64,000 nucleotides of DNA from Bacillota bacterium (GCA_050952625.1 JBMNLH010000001.1:1669503-1733502), one strand, 5' to 3'; shown: positions 38,756 through 50,859, counted from the first letter of the stretch. Notes: a model not told the origin generated them from the letters alone. Program-made: numbers and translations.

Positions 38756-41678
38756 CTATACTCCATCATTTTTAAGTGCTTCTCTTAAAAGTCTCGCATT
38801 ATAAGCGTGTTCCTTCCAATGTTCCATGTGTCCTATATATTCTATTCTTGATACAAAGTTTAATAGTTCTATCATTATAGGCTTCTTGTACCAATATTCA
38901 TTATTCTTTTGGAATGTAGATTTTAGATAACTTACAGCCTTGAGCAGTAGAATTAGATTTACCAACTTCATTGATAGCTACTAATAGGTGCCTTGCTATT
39001 GTAGAACCAAATCCTTCATCACCAATAAATTTCATCTTAAATTCAGAAGGTGTCATAAACCTTGCTGAATTGGCTCTAAAGCTTTGGAACATATTAGTAT
39101 AATCTTTAACTCCAAATCCTCTTGCTAACTCCTGATAGTCACCAACTTTATATATATTGTTCATTTCAAGTTCTAAGCCTCTAACAAAGAATCTTTCTTC
39201 TTTAGATAAGTCTCTCCATATTAACTTATCAAACCCATCAGGAATTAAATAATCATAGGCTATATTTTGAGCCTTATTAATAAGCTCTTCTATAGGATTT
39301 TCTTCTTTACTGTCCCTTGGTTGACTTAGCCAATAAGGGATGTCTATACCTTCAATGTTCTTATAAGTCGTTATAACTTTAAGGGCAGCTGCGTATGAAG
39401 CAAGAATAAAATCAGCATCATTAAAGTCAGGGTCTTCTTTATCATTTAAATCTTTCATAGAATCTATTATTGATTCTACCTCATCTTTGATTTCATCGTA
39501 TAACTCATCTCTATAGATTTTTTCTTCAGATGTCTGTTTTCTTAGACTCAATAATACTGTTCCTGAGACATAGTTTCCTTGCTTAAGGCCACCAGATTCT
39601 GTTTCAGTAGATATGGTCCAGGCAGATATAACCCTTAACCCTGCCGACCAAAGTATCATGGCAAGTTCTGACCAAACCTTTACATCTTGGTGGGTAAACA
39701 TAACTACCTGTGTACCATTATCAGGCATATGATTAGATAAATTTTTATATATTTCTATCATACTTTCATTAAAGCTTTGTCCTACACCTCTTACTGCGAG
39801 GACTCTCTTTGAATCTGTGTACCACTCTGGAAAAGCATTTTGAATTAGCCTTTTATCCCATGCCAAGAAAAACTCTGTAAGCTCGTGATAATTAACTGCA
39901 TCTGCATATGGCGGGTCTGTTATCCATATATCACATAATTTATCTATATTTCTTGCATCTATTGTTTGAATGATTTTATTGCCTTCATTCGGATAATTAT
40001 TCAAATTCATAAACCAATTTGATTGATACATTAAAAAACCTCTTGCACCATAGTTATAGAGAGTATTTAATGCTTGAGTTGTAAAAGTATTTTGTGTCTT
40101 CTCAGTCCCAGAACCAACATTCCATATGCATAGTTTAGAATTCCAATCTGTAATTTTATTTAACCCTAACAATCCAATGACATTCTCATTCTTATTACTG
40201 GATAACTCGATTACAATCTTATTAAACAATCCACTAACCAACAATTGTCTTGGATTAAACAATTGATGCCAGTATTGCCATCCTCTTTCTCTCATAGGCT
40301 GGTCTGTATTATAGCCTTCTTCTATCATCATAGAAGGAATATATCCCTTTTCTTGCCATTCATTAAATCTTTCAGATAATAAATCAATTACCCTTTTTTC
40401 TCTTTCTAAGTCTTCCTTAGTAGGTGTTGTATAGTACCTTTCTGTCTTTAGCTTTCCTTTTTCATCTATATAGTCTTTTACATATCTTATAGCGTATAAT
40501 CTTTCTTGAAAAACATCATCTTTTCGTGGTATAAACTCATGTTTCTCCCATTTTCTTAGCCCAAAAACAGTATTACCTTCTGCATCTTTTCTGTCTCCCC
40601 TAATGGCATATATAGGAGTTTCCATTTCACAGTGTGGACAATAAACTTTATTATTTCTAATGGTTATATTCTTGTCTGATTCCTTAAACTGTTCTTTTGT
40701 AGCATCTTGTACTATATCAATATCAAATCCATCTATACCATTATCTTTTAGTATTGCTACTGTTTTTGTTCCTTTTCCAATGACCCAAGATGGGGCTAAG
40801 GGTACTTTGTATCCACATTCTGGACATATGGTTTCATTACAATAAAGATAAGAATCTGCCCTATGTCCTTTTTCATTATGCTCAATTTTCCACTCAACAA
40901 TCTGCTTGTCTACTTCCTTATATACCTTTTCTTGAAATTCTCTTAATTTTTCTACTTCTTCATCTGATGCTCCTGCTATATTTAGCGATGCCCAGGTAAG
41001 TAGTGATGCTACAGGATTTAAATCAGAAGCATAAACATCTGCCCCCATCCTGGCAGCCTCAAAAGGTATGCTTCCTCCTCCTGCAAAACAATCCCCTACC
41101 CTTGGCGTATGACCATATCGCTTTTCTCCTAATTCCTTAATTAGCTCTTGTAGCGAAGAAGCATTAGTCCCTAAATGCTCATTTATTTCTTTCCAAGCAT
41201 TTTCTGTAAGATTTTTTACATGTTCTGGTCTGTCACAATAAACTAACTTTTCATCATAAGTCAGTCTATTAAAAGCTAACTTCTGAAGTTCTTCCCTTTC
41301 TTCCATAGATAAGCCTTGTATGTACTTAGGTTTATCTTCTGTTGATTCAGAATCAAAATACTTTGCTCTTTCCTTCTCATCAAGCAATGAATATAGTTCT
41401 TTCATGGTCAAGTTTTTAGACTTTCTAAGATATAAGCCTTCATCATCCATTGTCAGTATTTTTAAAAATATTTCTCTATCTTTTACAGGATTATCTGATA
41501 CAGGCATAAGAACCCCAAGGAGTGTAGCTCTTACGAGTATAAGAGGTTTCCTCCCCCACCATTTACCAAGTCCCGTAAGAGTTTGTCCTAAGTTAGCTTT
41601 TCTTTCTTTATAACTTTCCTTCGATACCTTAGATACTGGAAACTGCATTTCTATAAAAGACCTGCTATAATCTAACAA
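38756..41678 (-). CDS. DUF1156 adenine DNA methyltransferase with one frameshift near the 3' end
   Basis: GLGKWWGRKPL, DCFAGGGSIPFEA, TDPPY. A +1 base near 38938 splits off the last ~60 codons. Confidence 0.88.
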
Positions 41679-41703
41679 TTTGCCCCCTCCTTCAGTTGTA
41701 ACC

Positions 41704-42252
41704 TTATTTAAACAAATCAAATATGTTTAATTGCTTATGTTTTTCATCATCTATTGGATTTTCTGTAAGTGCATATCTGATTGCCTTCCGCCACCCTCTT
41801 TTATCATCAGCTTGACCTGTCACTGCATTTGTCATGGTAAAAAGCCACCAGCGTTCTTCTCTGCTAAGACCCAGCCAATTTTTTATGGCTACAGGTATTA
41901 ATTTAGGGTCCGAATCTTCTATTGCCCATAACAGGAGTACCATTTCTTTTCCCAAAAGCCTGTCTATTGGTACTTCCCCTATCTTAAATCTTCCTACAAG
42001 TATATTATTTTCCTTTAAAGTATTGTTAAACTCTTGCTGTAAAGCATCTTTTACTAAATCCCATTTATGTTTGTCTATTCTGACCTTTAGCGATTTATAA
42101 TCTATATCACTTTGTTGAACCTCAGAATCATCCCAGTCAAATCGTTCATAAACTGTAATTTTTTGATTTTGACTTCTTGGAATTACAACTAAAAAATGAT
42201 GCTTCGTTTCCTCTGGAATATATCCAAAACCTAATGCTTGGATTTTAGACAT
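41704..42252 (-). CDS. DUF3780 anti-phage-associated protein
   Basis: GFG....HHF, DRLLGKEMVLLLWAIE, EERWWLF, GWRKAIRYAL. Confidence 0.88.
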   Translation of the reverse strand: MSKIQALGFGYIPEETKHHFLVVIPRSQNQKITVYERFDWDDSEVQQSDIDYKSLKVRIDKHKWDLVKDALQQEFNNTLKENNILVGRFKIGEVPIDRLLGKEMVLLLWAIEDSDPKLIPVAIKNWLGLSREERWWLFTMTNAVTGQADDKRGWRKAIRYALTENPIDDEKHKQLNIFDLFK

Positions 42253-42272
42253 TACTTAAAACCTCCTACTGT

Positions 42273-45200
42273 CTATTGCACAATCTTGTTCTTGTATTGT
42301 TCTATTATCTCTTTATTGTCTGATACCCACTCTTCAAACACCTGTCCACTATCAAAAATTACTTTGTTAATTGTAATGTGAGTTTCAAAACTCTTATCAT
42401 CAAAGAACTTATCAATAAGGCCCTTTAGTTCTTCCACAAGGTTTTCAGGTTTTTTAATATCAAAATCCCCCATAGTTAACTCTATAAATCCTGTATTTGA
42501 ACCACTACCTTTTTCTGTTATTCCAATAGTTACACCTGAAACAGATAAATCATATTTACTTAACTTTTCTATCACATTAAATGTTTCAGTTGTATTATTA
42601 GATACTATTGGCTCTATTAGATGGACAGGTTTCTCTTTATCTATTTCAAACTTTTTCTCTTTTACTTCTATTTGCATTACATCTGAATAAACCCCAAGAC
42701 TTTCATTAAAAGCGATGGCTTGAATAAACTTAGTTCCTTCAGGAATAATAAAGCTTTCTTCATAAACTCCTCCACTTTCTTTAGGGTTAGAACCATCAGT
42801 TGTATATCTGATAGTAACATTTGGTGATGTAGCTTTAAGTTCTACATTGGATTTTCCATCCTTGTCATAAATTTTGTGTTGTAGATTAATCTTTCTTGTC
42901 CAGTATTCTACAGGACCTGTAGTGTTTTTTCCTGTACTATCTACACATAAAAATGATAATTTTAATTCTTTAGTTTTAAAATTATGATTATCCTCAACTA
43001 CCATTGAAGCTTCTGTAGCATCCCCATTAATTTCATAATGTACCCTATCCCCATTATGAGGTTGTATCTTCAAAGTAACTTCACCTGTATTTTTATCTTC
43101 GCCTATTTCTCTAACAAATACAGATGTTTCTGGAGCTGGAGGCTCTTTATCTAAATATCCTCCCGTTTCTATCCAAATCCCCTTTCTCAACATGTCGTCT
43201 CTTAAATCTTCTAATGCTCTTGGGTTATGCCATGGCCATGCTGTAATTGTAGCTACTCTCTCTTTTAAGTTATTCCATGTCATTTGCCTTTGAGTGAAAA
43301 TCCTATCTTCAAACATTCCCCTAAACTCTTCAGTATCCGTTTGCTTAGTAAATTTCATTACCTTAATAAGTAGGTCTCTAATTTGGTCTTCAACATCATA
43401 ATTATTTTCGTTAAACTTCATTTCAAAATCATCATTCGTAAGACCTCTACGCTTAGGATAATGTAATGTTACGAAAGTTTCTCTTGTCGCTTGAAGTAGT
43501 TGAAGATTAACCTTATCAAATAAGTCTAAAGCTTGTTGATATTGTGGGTCGTTTTCTGGCAACTTTTCCTCATTGTTCATACGGTAAATAATAGTTTCCA
43601 TAGCCTTATACTGTTTTGCTATATTTATTAGTCCTTCCATAGAAGAACGCTGTCCAGAAAGAAACATAACTCTATTTTTGTAGGTAGTATCCTCAAAAAA
43701 CTTCTCTATATCTGGATTTAAACCTTTATTTCCTGGATATGGCTCTGTAAGTATTAGGGTAATTTTATCTTTTTTTAATTCAATTTCTTCAATAGATGGA
43801 AAAACTAATACTTCTTGATAACAATCTGATAACTTAGGCCTAAATTTATCTTTTAATATATCCTTGATTTTTTGCTTAGCTACTTCATAAGAATAAGTAT
43901 TTACTAAATCTAAAAGCTCTGCATTTACATTTTTTATATCTTTAAAAAATAATCTTTCATTTTTATCTGTATATAGGTACCAAGCCTTAACCTTATATTC
44001 TTCTAAGGCTGACTTAAGTCTTGTAATATCTCTACCTGGCTCTGCCATATATCCTATCAGTTCTTGTATGGATAAACCTATAATTGCATTAGTTACATTA
44101 GCAAGAGAAGATACTAAAATTAATTTACTTAAGTCTTCCATATCTGTACTTTTTGCTTGTTCATCCATTATTTCTGCAACAGACTTCCCTTGATTTGCAA
44201 TGTCGTGGGATATTGCATTGGATAACCTTGGTTTTATGGACTTTACCATTGGCATTATTTCTTTATCATTCAAATTAATGTCAAAAGCATTAATTAAATA
44301 TCTATTTTTAGCTTTTTTATCATCACTATAAAGATCCCTTACCATCATTCTCGTAAGTCTAATAAACCCTCTTGTTTGTTGGAATCCTGGATTCTCCTTA
44401 AATCTTGCAAACAAATCCTTAACAGACGGATGAAAAGGATATGAAGTATAAATACCTTTTACTATTTCCTCAGGAGAATAGTTTGTATATCCCATTTGCC
44501 TTGCTTCAACAACTGCTCTTCTATATTCCATTGCAATTTTATCGATATCTTCTTTTTTTCCTACTTTTTCAAATAATCTTGTTCTTAAGATATTATAAAG
44601 GTCATCTGTATTTGCCCCTACTGGCTCAATATTAATTGCAGAACGCTCTATTTCATTTTCAAGTTCCTTAAAAGATTTTTGTAAAAGTTGAGAGCCTTCT
44701 TCATATGTAGCTTGTAAGTCAGAGACAACAATACAAACATTATGAAGTTCTGCTTTGCCTACTGCATTAAACAAATTTGCAAGAGCTGTCGTTGTAATAT
44801 CTGCTACTGTACCTGTTCCTACCGGTATTGTTTTTGCATTTTGTAGATAAGGTGGAAGCTCATCAAGTAAAATTAAAGTTGGAGTATCACTTTTAAGTAA
44901 GTTAATCCAAGCGGATTGTCCTGGAGCCATTAAAGGTGTATAAAAGGTATTAAACAACTCTTTTTTACCAAGTTGTTCTGCTATTTCTCCCCATATTCCG
45001 AATTCTAAATAACTTTCCCTTCCTGTATAAGCTACTACTCTTATGTCTGAATCTACATTGGCATACTTACCATTTAAAATACTTTTTCTTATCTCTTTGT
45101 TTTTCGCGAGGACTCCAAGTGCAACCATATTGTGCGTTTTTCCCCCGCCCATAGCTTGAGTTAGTTTAACCAGACCACTTGATGCTTTCCCTTCAAATCT

Positions 45201-45374
45201 CTTAAATGCAGTATCAAATAATAGTTCCATTCCTTCTGTAATAAAAGTTTCTTCAAAAAAATGCTTGCCGTCTATGGAACCGTCCAGTAAATTACTTAAG
45301 TCTAGTGTATCGTCTCTTTTTGTCTCATCAAATACACTTTCCCTTGGCTTACAAGCTTCAAATAAGGTTTTCAT
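42273..45374 (-). CDS. DUF499 AAA+ ATPase with FN3-like C-terminus
   Basis: QAMGGGKTH, LDELPPY, YPFHP, FQQTRG, YTTDGSNP. Confidence 0.9.
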   Translation of the reverse strand: MKTLFEACKPRESVFDETKRDDTLDLSNLLDGSIDGKHFFEETFITEGMELLFDTAFKRFEGKASSGLVKLTQAMGGGKTHNMVALGVLAKNKEIRKSILNGKYANVDSDIRVVAYTGRESYLEFGIWGEIAEQLGKKELFNTFYTPLMAPGQSAWINLLKSDTPTLILLDELPPYLQNAKTIPVGTGTVADITTTALANLFNAVGKAELHNVCIVVSDLQATYEEGSQLLQKSFKELENEIERSAINIEPVGANTDDLYNILRTRLFEKVGKKEDIDKIAMEYRRAVVEARQMGYTNYSPEEIVKGIYTSYPFHPSVKDLFARFKENPGFQQTRGFIRLTRMMVRDLYSDDKKAKNRYLINAFDINLNDKEIMPMVKSIKPRLSNAISHDIANQGKSVAEIMDEQAKSTDMEDLSKLILVSSLANVTNAIIGLSIQELIGYMAEPGRDITRLKSALEEYKVKAWYLYTDKNERLFFKDIKNVNAELLDLVNTYSYEVAKQKIKDILKDKFRPKLSDCYQEVLVFPSIEEIELKKDKITLILTEPYPGNKGLNPDIEKFFEDTTYKNRVMFLSGQRSSMEGLINIAKQYKAMETIIYRMNNEEKLPENDPQYQQALDLFDKVNLQLLQATRETFVTLHYPKRRGLTNDDFEMKFNENNYDVEDQIRDLLIKVMKFTKQTDTEEFRGMFEDRIFTQRQMTWNNLKERVATITAWPWHNPRALEDLRDDMLRKGIWIETGGYLDKEPPAPETSVFVREIGEDKNTGEVTLKIQPHNGDRVHYEINGDATEASMVVEDNHNFKTKELKLSFLCVDSTGKNTTGPVEYWTRKINLQHKIYDKDGKSNVELKATSPNVTIRYTTDGSNPKESGGVYEESFIIPEGTKFIQAIAFNESLGVYSDVMQIEVKEKKFEIDKEKPVHLIEPIVSNNTTETFNVIEKLSKYDLSVSGVTIGITEKGSGSNTGFIELTMGDFDIKKPENLVEELKGLIDKFFDDKSFETHITINKVIFDSGQVFEEWVSDNKEIIEQYKNKIVQ

Positions 45375-45633
45375 TTTTATTTACCTCCTAAGTAACGTCT
45401 AATATTAATTCTGCTTTTTATCCAATATTGATTTGAAAATCATTCTCTTAAAAAAACATCAATTTTAAATCATAATTATAATTAATAAAACGCTTAATAC
45501 TTGAGCAACATCTTTCTGAGTTTTATTATCATCAATCTCTTTAGGAATAGAATTTCTCCAATGTAGCCCTCCCGATATCTGCAATGGTTGGCTAGGCATT
45601 CACTTCCCTAGTTATCATGTTGTGAAACAAGCA

Positions 45634-45855
45634 TTAACTCCGTTTGGTATCATCCATTTCCATGATATCACAGACGTCGCATTTTAACGCTATACAGATT
45701 TTTTGTATTATTTCTGTACTAACATTTTCATTTTTACCAAGCTTTGTTATCGTAGCAGAACTAATACCTGCAAGCTTCTGCAAGTCCTTCTTTTTCATAT
45801 CTCTATCAATAAGAAGCTTCCAAAGTTTTTTATAACTAATTACCATTGTAATCAC
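45634..45855 (-). CDS. Cro/C1-type HTH regulator
   Basis: SYKKLWKLLIDRDMKKKDL...KIC..L.C. Confidence 0.9.
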   Translation of the reverse strand: MITMVISYKKLWKLLIDRDMKKKDLQKLAGISSATITKLGKNENVSTEIIQKICIALKCDVCDIMEMDDTKRS

Positions 45856-46072
45856 CTCTATCTATGTATAATTACATAATATCATTGGCCTCATTATATT
45901 GCAAATAATTTCTTTACATCCGCGCGATTTTTGATTTGTACTTAGCATTTATAATTCTAAACCCAGTATAGGACAAGTTTATAAGATATTACATCCATCT
46001 TATTATCTCAACTCTAACAAAATCATCTATTACGGCAACTCAATCCAACCGTTTACTGCTTAATTTTGACCA

Positions 46073-46215
46073 AAAATATACCCCCGATATGTTCCCATAT
46101 ACACATATCGAGGGTATAAATTGAGTTGATAGAATTGCTATCACTTTATGATACCCAGAATCTTCAAGGCTTTTCGAACTTATATCTTAGACATACGCAA
46201 ATAGCTTCTACATGC
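46073..46215 (-). repeat. Degenerate copy of the rlmD 3'-end/attL module
   Basis: Colinear with 50755..50895: CATGTAGAAGCTATTTG...ATGTCTAAG, CTGGGT, TCAACTC, CCCTCGATAT inverted repeat. Confidence 0.85.
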
Positions 46216-46316
46216 ACCAACCTATCTGGATTGATGTTTTATACTGATTCTTACTTTTTCTACTACATTTTTTCTTTTTCTTAGTGGAATCGTGCTTCTT
46301 TATACTACATCTAATA

Positions 46317-48674
46317 TTAGTTGCGAATTATAACATCTGTTTGGAGCTTAATATTGGTATGCCAGAAGTTATATTCATCTAGCTTTTGGCTTGCTTCATT
46401 ATAAACTGGTTTTGTTCCGGTCGGATCCTTAATAGTTACAATGAGACAGAACTCTTGGCTTGGTACAGTACCTTCCATTTGAGACTTAACTTCTATGTGA
46501 TCTCTGTAAAGACCTTTTATATTAAGATACCAATTCTTGTCCTTCGTTAAGTACTTAAGCTTGTTACCATCAGTCATTTCAGATAAATCGACTGCATACT
46601 TCTTGACAGGATAATACTTATCTCCATACTTAATCAGTAATCTTTCTTTAAGAGCAAATTCATCCGTATTGCTTCTCATTTTCTTCTTGCTGTAATAATT
46701 TTCAAGAAGCACATTCTGAGAACCATCTCGTCCTACTGGATTAAGAATATTTCTTTTGGATGTGTCCCTATCCTTCTTAGCATCATATGTACCCATTTTA
46801 ATATCTACATTAGATTGGCAATACTCTGCTCTCTGTGTCGAGTCAAGAATTGGGTTGTATACCAAGGTTACAATGATTTGTCCCGTAAAGTAATCTCCAT
46901 CCACAAGACATTCAGGCATAGGAAAGTCCATTATATCAATGTACTCACCCTTTGCAATTTCATCACGCAAGATCAAGGTAACTTCGTGAGGTGAATTATA
47001 TAAAATTTCTCTTACAGACTGTGGTTTCCCGAATCCCACTTGATTTACTCTTTCAGTTACTGGAACTCTTAGATTTTCTGAATAACTTGCAGAATGGACA
47101 ATCAGGGCCTTGATTAATAAGGGATCAAACTCTTCTTCCATTTCTTGATGTAAACCTGCCGCGAGTGATGCAATACGAGGTGTAGAATAACTTGTTCCCA
47201 CTGATTGACAGATTGCACCATCCAATCCGAATGATCTCACCCCTGTTATAACCATCCTTCCTGAAGCATCTACACCAGCATTTCCGCCATAATGTACTAT
47301 TTCTGGTTTAATGATGTAGGATGGTCCACGGCCAATTCTTGTAAATGGTGATGGATTATCAATCTCAGCTAAATCTAGTGCGGATTTTTTATGTGCAATA
47401 GATCCGACCACTATAGATCTTACACTGTCAGCGCCTTGATGGATCTTTCCTTTTGGATGACCCGTCTTAAAATTTTTACAGTTTCCCGCAGATTTACAGA
47501 TTAAAACTCCATACTGATCCTGCAAAGCATCTAGTGCAACAGCAAAATCGGAGAAGCTATATTCATCCACTTCATTGATAATGCTAATTGACAGATTCCA
47601 CACTTTCACATCTCTGTAATGGGCTTTGACAGCCTCTTGGATGTTTCGAATTAACTCATCTTCTTCGATGCCTTCCTTATCAGTATCTGGATAAACACAA
47701 GCATCCAGAACTTGAACACCCTCAGTACCGACCCACTTTTTGCCTTCCAAGTGATCACCATAGATAACTACTCCTGAAACAAAAGTTCCATGATCTTTTT
47801 TTACATAAGGTTCTGGATATGCAGTATATCGCTCTTCTACAAGCCATGGTTTCACATGAGGAATATCAGCTATTCCGTTATCTAAAATGCCCACTATCGC
47901 ATACTTTTTTCCTTCTTTAGGAGTTAAAATGTTAATCGTTGCTTCATCTTTTTCCATATCAAGAGCAACTGTATATTTTGGCATAGGCTCGATGGAAAAA
48001 ATAGCTTCAAAGATTTCATTTTTATTAAGAGTCATAAACTCATCAAGTTTAACACCCTTAACATTGTAGACTACATGGCTTGGTGAATAATTGGTTCTGA
48101 TTACTTCGTGGCCAATTTGCTTCATTGATCTTTCAAAGTAGTTTCTAATTGCTGTATTTTGCTCGTAATTTTGAAAATCAATGAGTTTAACTTTATAGTC
48201 AACAGACTCAGCAATTTCGCTCTTGGCAATTATAGGTTCAAAGTCAGATATGTTTTCAATTGCAGATATTGCGTGGGCATATCGCTGAGTATTCTTTAAG
48301 CGCTCAAGTATTTTATCTACTTCTCGAGAGTCATCTACTTTGATAATTAGCTCATCTTCATCCGCCAATCCTAATACATTATTATCTGTACCAGTCCTAA
48401 ATAAGTTGCTCACTTCACGTCTATGGGTTTTTGCCGTTGCATCGTCGATAATTCTAGTCTTGAAAACGAATGGAATTAAAGAGTTATCCCTTTCCTTCTT
48501 TAACACTTTCGTCCTAAACTCCTGAAATGTATCAACAAAAACTCTGGACTTGATCTGTAGTTCTTCTGGACTTAATACGAATTTAGGTGGATCTCCTCCT
48601 CCACCAGCTTCAACTCTCATATTGTCTACTTCTCTTTTAGCAAAAAATTTAATTGGTAATCTTTCATCAGCCAT
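46317..48674 (-). CDS. ietS: S8 subtilisin-like protease, IetS-type
   Basis: GILDNG, DHGTFVSG, KSAGN, GTSYSTP; downstream of an AAA ATPase. Confidence 0.88.
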   Translation of the reverse strand: MADERLPIKFFAKREVDNMRVEAGGGGDPPKFVLSPEELQIKSRVFVDTFQEFRTKVLKKERDNSLIPFVFKTRIIDDATAKTHRREVSNLFRTGTDNNVLGLADEDELIIKVDDSREVDKILERLKNTQRYAHAISAIENISDFEPIIAKSEIAESVDYKVKLIDFQNYEQNTAIRNYFERSMKQIGHEVIRTNYSPSHVVYNVKGVKLDEFMTLNKNEIFEAIFSIEPMPKYTVALDMEKDEATINILTPKEGKKYAIVGILDNGIADIPHVKPWLVEERYTAYPEPYVKKDHGTFVSGVVIYGDHLEGKKWVGTEGVQVLDACVYPDTDKEGIEEDELIRNIQEAVKAHYRDVKVWNLSISIINEVDEYSFSDFAVALDALQDQYGVLICKSAGNCKNFKTGHPKGKIHQGADSVRSIVVGSIAHKKSALDLAEIDNPSPFTRIGRGPSYIIKPEIVHYGGNAGVDASGRMVITGVRSFGLDGAICQSVGTSYSTPRIASLAAGLHQEMEEEFDPLLIKALIVHSASYSENLRVPVTERVNQVGFGKPQSVREILYNSPHEVTLILRDEIAKGEYIDIMDFPMPECLVDGDYFTGQIIVTLVYNPILDSTQRAEYCQSNVDIKMGTYDAKKDRDTSKRNILNPVGRDGSQNVLLENYYSKKKMRSNTDEFALKERLLIKYGDKYYPVKKYAVDLSEMTDGNKLKYLTKDKNWYLNIKGLYRDHIEVKSQMEGTVPSQEFCLIVTIKDPTGTKPVYNEASQKLDEYNFWHTNIKLQTDVIIRN

Positions 48675-48693
48675 TTTTACACCGCCCCTTCTT

Positions 48694-49788
48694 TCACTCT
48701 GGAGAGTTCGCTACATCTCTCACCTTCCTAATCGAAAAATCATAGTTATCGCAAATTTCCTTTTGTGTCACCCCATATTGCAACAGGTATTTAATAAAAT
48801 CATTCTCACTGATAATTTTATGGTTTCTATATAAATATACTTCTTGCAATATGTCCCAATTACGAGTCATATCCTTTTTGTTTATGATGGATTTCTTTAT
48901 TGCGTTATTTACTACTGTTTTGACATCTGCATGGCTAATGCCATCTAAGGCGGCTGCCAACATTTCCAGTTTCTTTTCATTCTCCATCACATTACTTTTT
49001 GTATTCTTTGTATACAACTTGATCAACTGCATGATCTCTTCTTTGTTAGGCTTCTCTAATGTAATAATCTTAGAGAATCTTCTCCAAACAGCTGGATCCA
49101 ATAATTCATGATGATTGGTTGCTGCAATTAAAATACTGTTTTGACTAAAATCATCAATATTTTGAAGCAAGCTGTTCACAACCCTTTTTAACTCTCCCAG
49201 TTCATGCTTGTCATCCCTAAGTTTTGCTACAACATCAAATTCATCAAGGAATAAGATACAGTCTCTTTTCGAAGCATAGTCGAAAATTCTCCTGATGTTC
49301 TTTGCTGTGCTTCCTAAGAGTGATGAGACCAGACCATCAAGTCTAACGGTCACAAGTGGTAACCCCGTCTTATATGCGATAAATCTTGCCACCGTTGTTT
49401 TCCCACACCCGGGTGGACCATACAATAACAACGAGCTAACCATATCAATTCCAGCTCGTAAAATCTCATCCCTTTGCCAATAGCTTTTAATAAATTCATC
49501 GATCTCATCATGAACATAATGTTTCAATATCGGTACCTCAAATGATTTATCCGGGATAAAGACATCCACCATTTCCATACGGCTTTCAGAATCCACTGGC
49601 TTAGTAGAAAAATCATCTAAGGAGGCCATTCTAGTTTTTTTATTCACTAATAGAGAGCGTATTTTCTTGGCTAGAGAATCATCACTAGATTTTTCCAGGT
49701 TCTCTGCTAGAACTTGGGCATAATTATATACCTTCTCTTTATCACCAATCATTCCACCTTCAATAATTTTCACAATCTCTGTGTACAT
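48694..49788 (-). CDS. ietA: AAA ATPase, IetA-type
   Basis: GPPGCGKT, SSLLGSTAKNI, LDEFD, GELKRVVNSLLQ, LDPAVWRRF. Confidence 0.9.
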   Translation of the reverse strand: MYTEIVKIIEGGMIGDKEKVYNYAQVLAENLEKSSDDSLAKKIRSLLVNKKTRMASLDDFSTKPVDSESRMEMVDVFIPDKSFEVPILKHYVHDEIDEFIKSYWQRDEILRAGIDMVSSLLLYGPPGCGKTTVARFIAYKTGLPLVTVRLDGLVSSLLGSTAKNIRRIFDYASKRDCILFLDEFDVVAKLRDDKHELGELKRVVNSLLQNIDDFSQNSILIAATNHHELLDPAVWRRFSKIITLEKPNKEEIMQLIKLYTKNTKSNVMENEKKLEMLAAALDGISHADVKTVVNNAIKKSIINKKDMTRNWDILQEVYLYRNHKIISENDFIKYLLQYGVTQKEICDNYDFSIRKVRDVANSPE

Positions 49789-50399
49789 TTTTCATTCCTC
49801 CAGACATACATATTTTAACCCACTGTCGTTCATTTTGTCAATGTATTTGTTATTATTATAAGCATTTTCGTTATTTGTAATCCGTTTTTGTTATTTTAAC
49901 TCCGTTATCTGTAATTTCGACTCGGTTTCGTTACTTTTTCAGGAGTCAGTCATTCCTCAAAATAAAAACAACCAAGAAACCTTTTTCAATAAAAGCTTCC
50001 TAGTTGATCCATTTACACACTTAGATTGATGTGTATTGCTGATATCTATTCATAACATCTTCTGGTATGGTAAATTTCAGATTTTCTTTTTCATCAAAGG
50101 CCTTATCACCAGTTTTCTAATATAACTGTAGAAAACTTCTTTTCTCTCACATATAAATTTACCTAATACAGAATTACTCTTCGACCCCTAACAAAACTCT
50201 AGCAATTCTTTACCTTCATCAAACTCTCTCTTAATTCTTTCATCAAATCCTATAATTTGGGGATTATGATGGTATTGGTAACCCTGACATTTCCTTCTAC
50301 CCCTAAGCTCCATATATCCATTTCAGCCATTCTCATTAAAAATTCTGCACGTAATAAAAAAACACTCTCCAAAAAGACTCTAGTACATCTATATCTTTT

Positions 50400-50545
50400 T
50401 TAGGTATTGCTCAAAACAAGTGAGTAGAAATCTCCATAAGTCTTCTGATTCGCTCTATCAATATATCGAGGAATGTTAAGATTAAATCTTTGGCTTTGAT
50501 TGATTTCACTGTAAGGAATTATTCTCGAATATTTAGAAATTAATA
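50400..50545 (-). pseudogene. Fragment of a Type I RM methyltransferase (HsdM) C-terminus
   Basis: KYSRII...EI....FNLNIPRYID. Confidence 0.65.
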
Positions 50546-50859
50546 TAAATCCGTTGAAACAGTCCATAATTTTTCGGATATCCAGTTCACATATCAAAGC
50601 AGTATATACATTTCTCTTTTCACAAAAATCCAAAATTAGTGCACGCACCATTCAGTTAGGTATTATTTACATCCATCCTATCTCCTCAACCCTACTAATT
50701 TATCTATTCTGTCCACTCACCCCTACCTAATTTCAGACTCATTTTTACCACAAAAAAACACCCTCGATATGTTTCCACGTACCAATATCGAGGGTTTAAG
50801 TCGAGTTGACAGATTTACTTTTATTTTATGAAACCCAGTATTTTCAATGCTTACGAGCT

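Noticed and set aside
45400-45630. Possible hsdS scrap between the HTH and DUF499 genes
   Set aside because: Too degraded to support by eye
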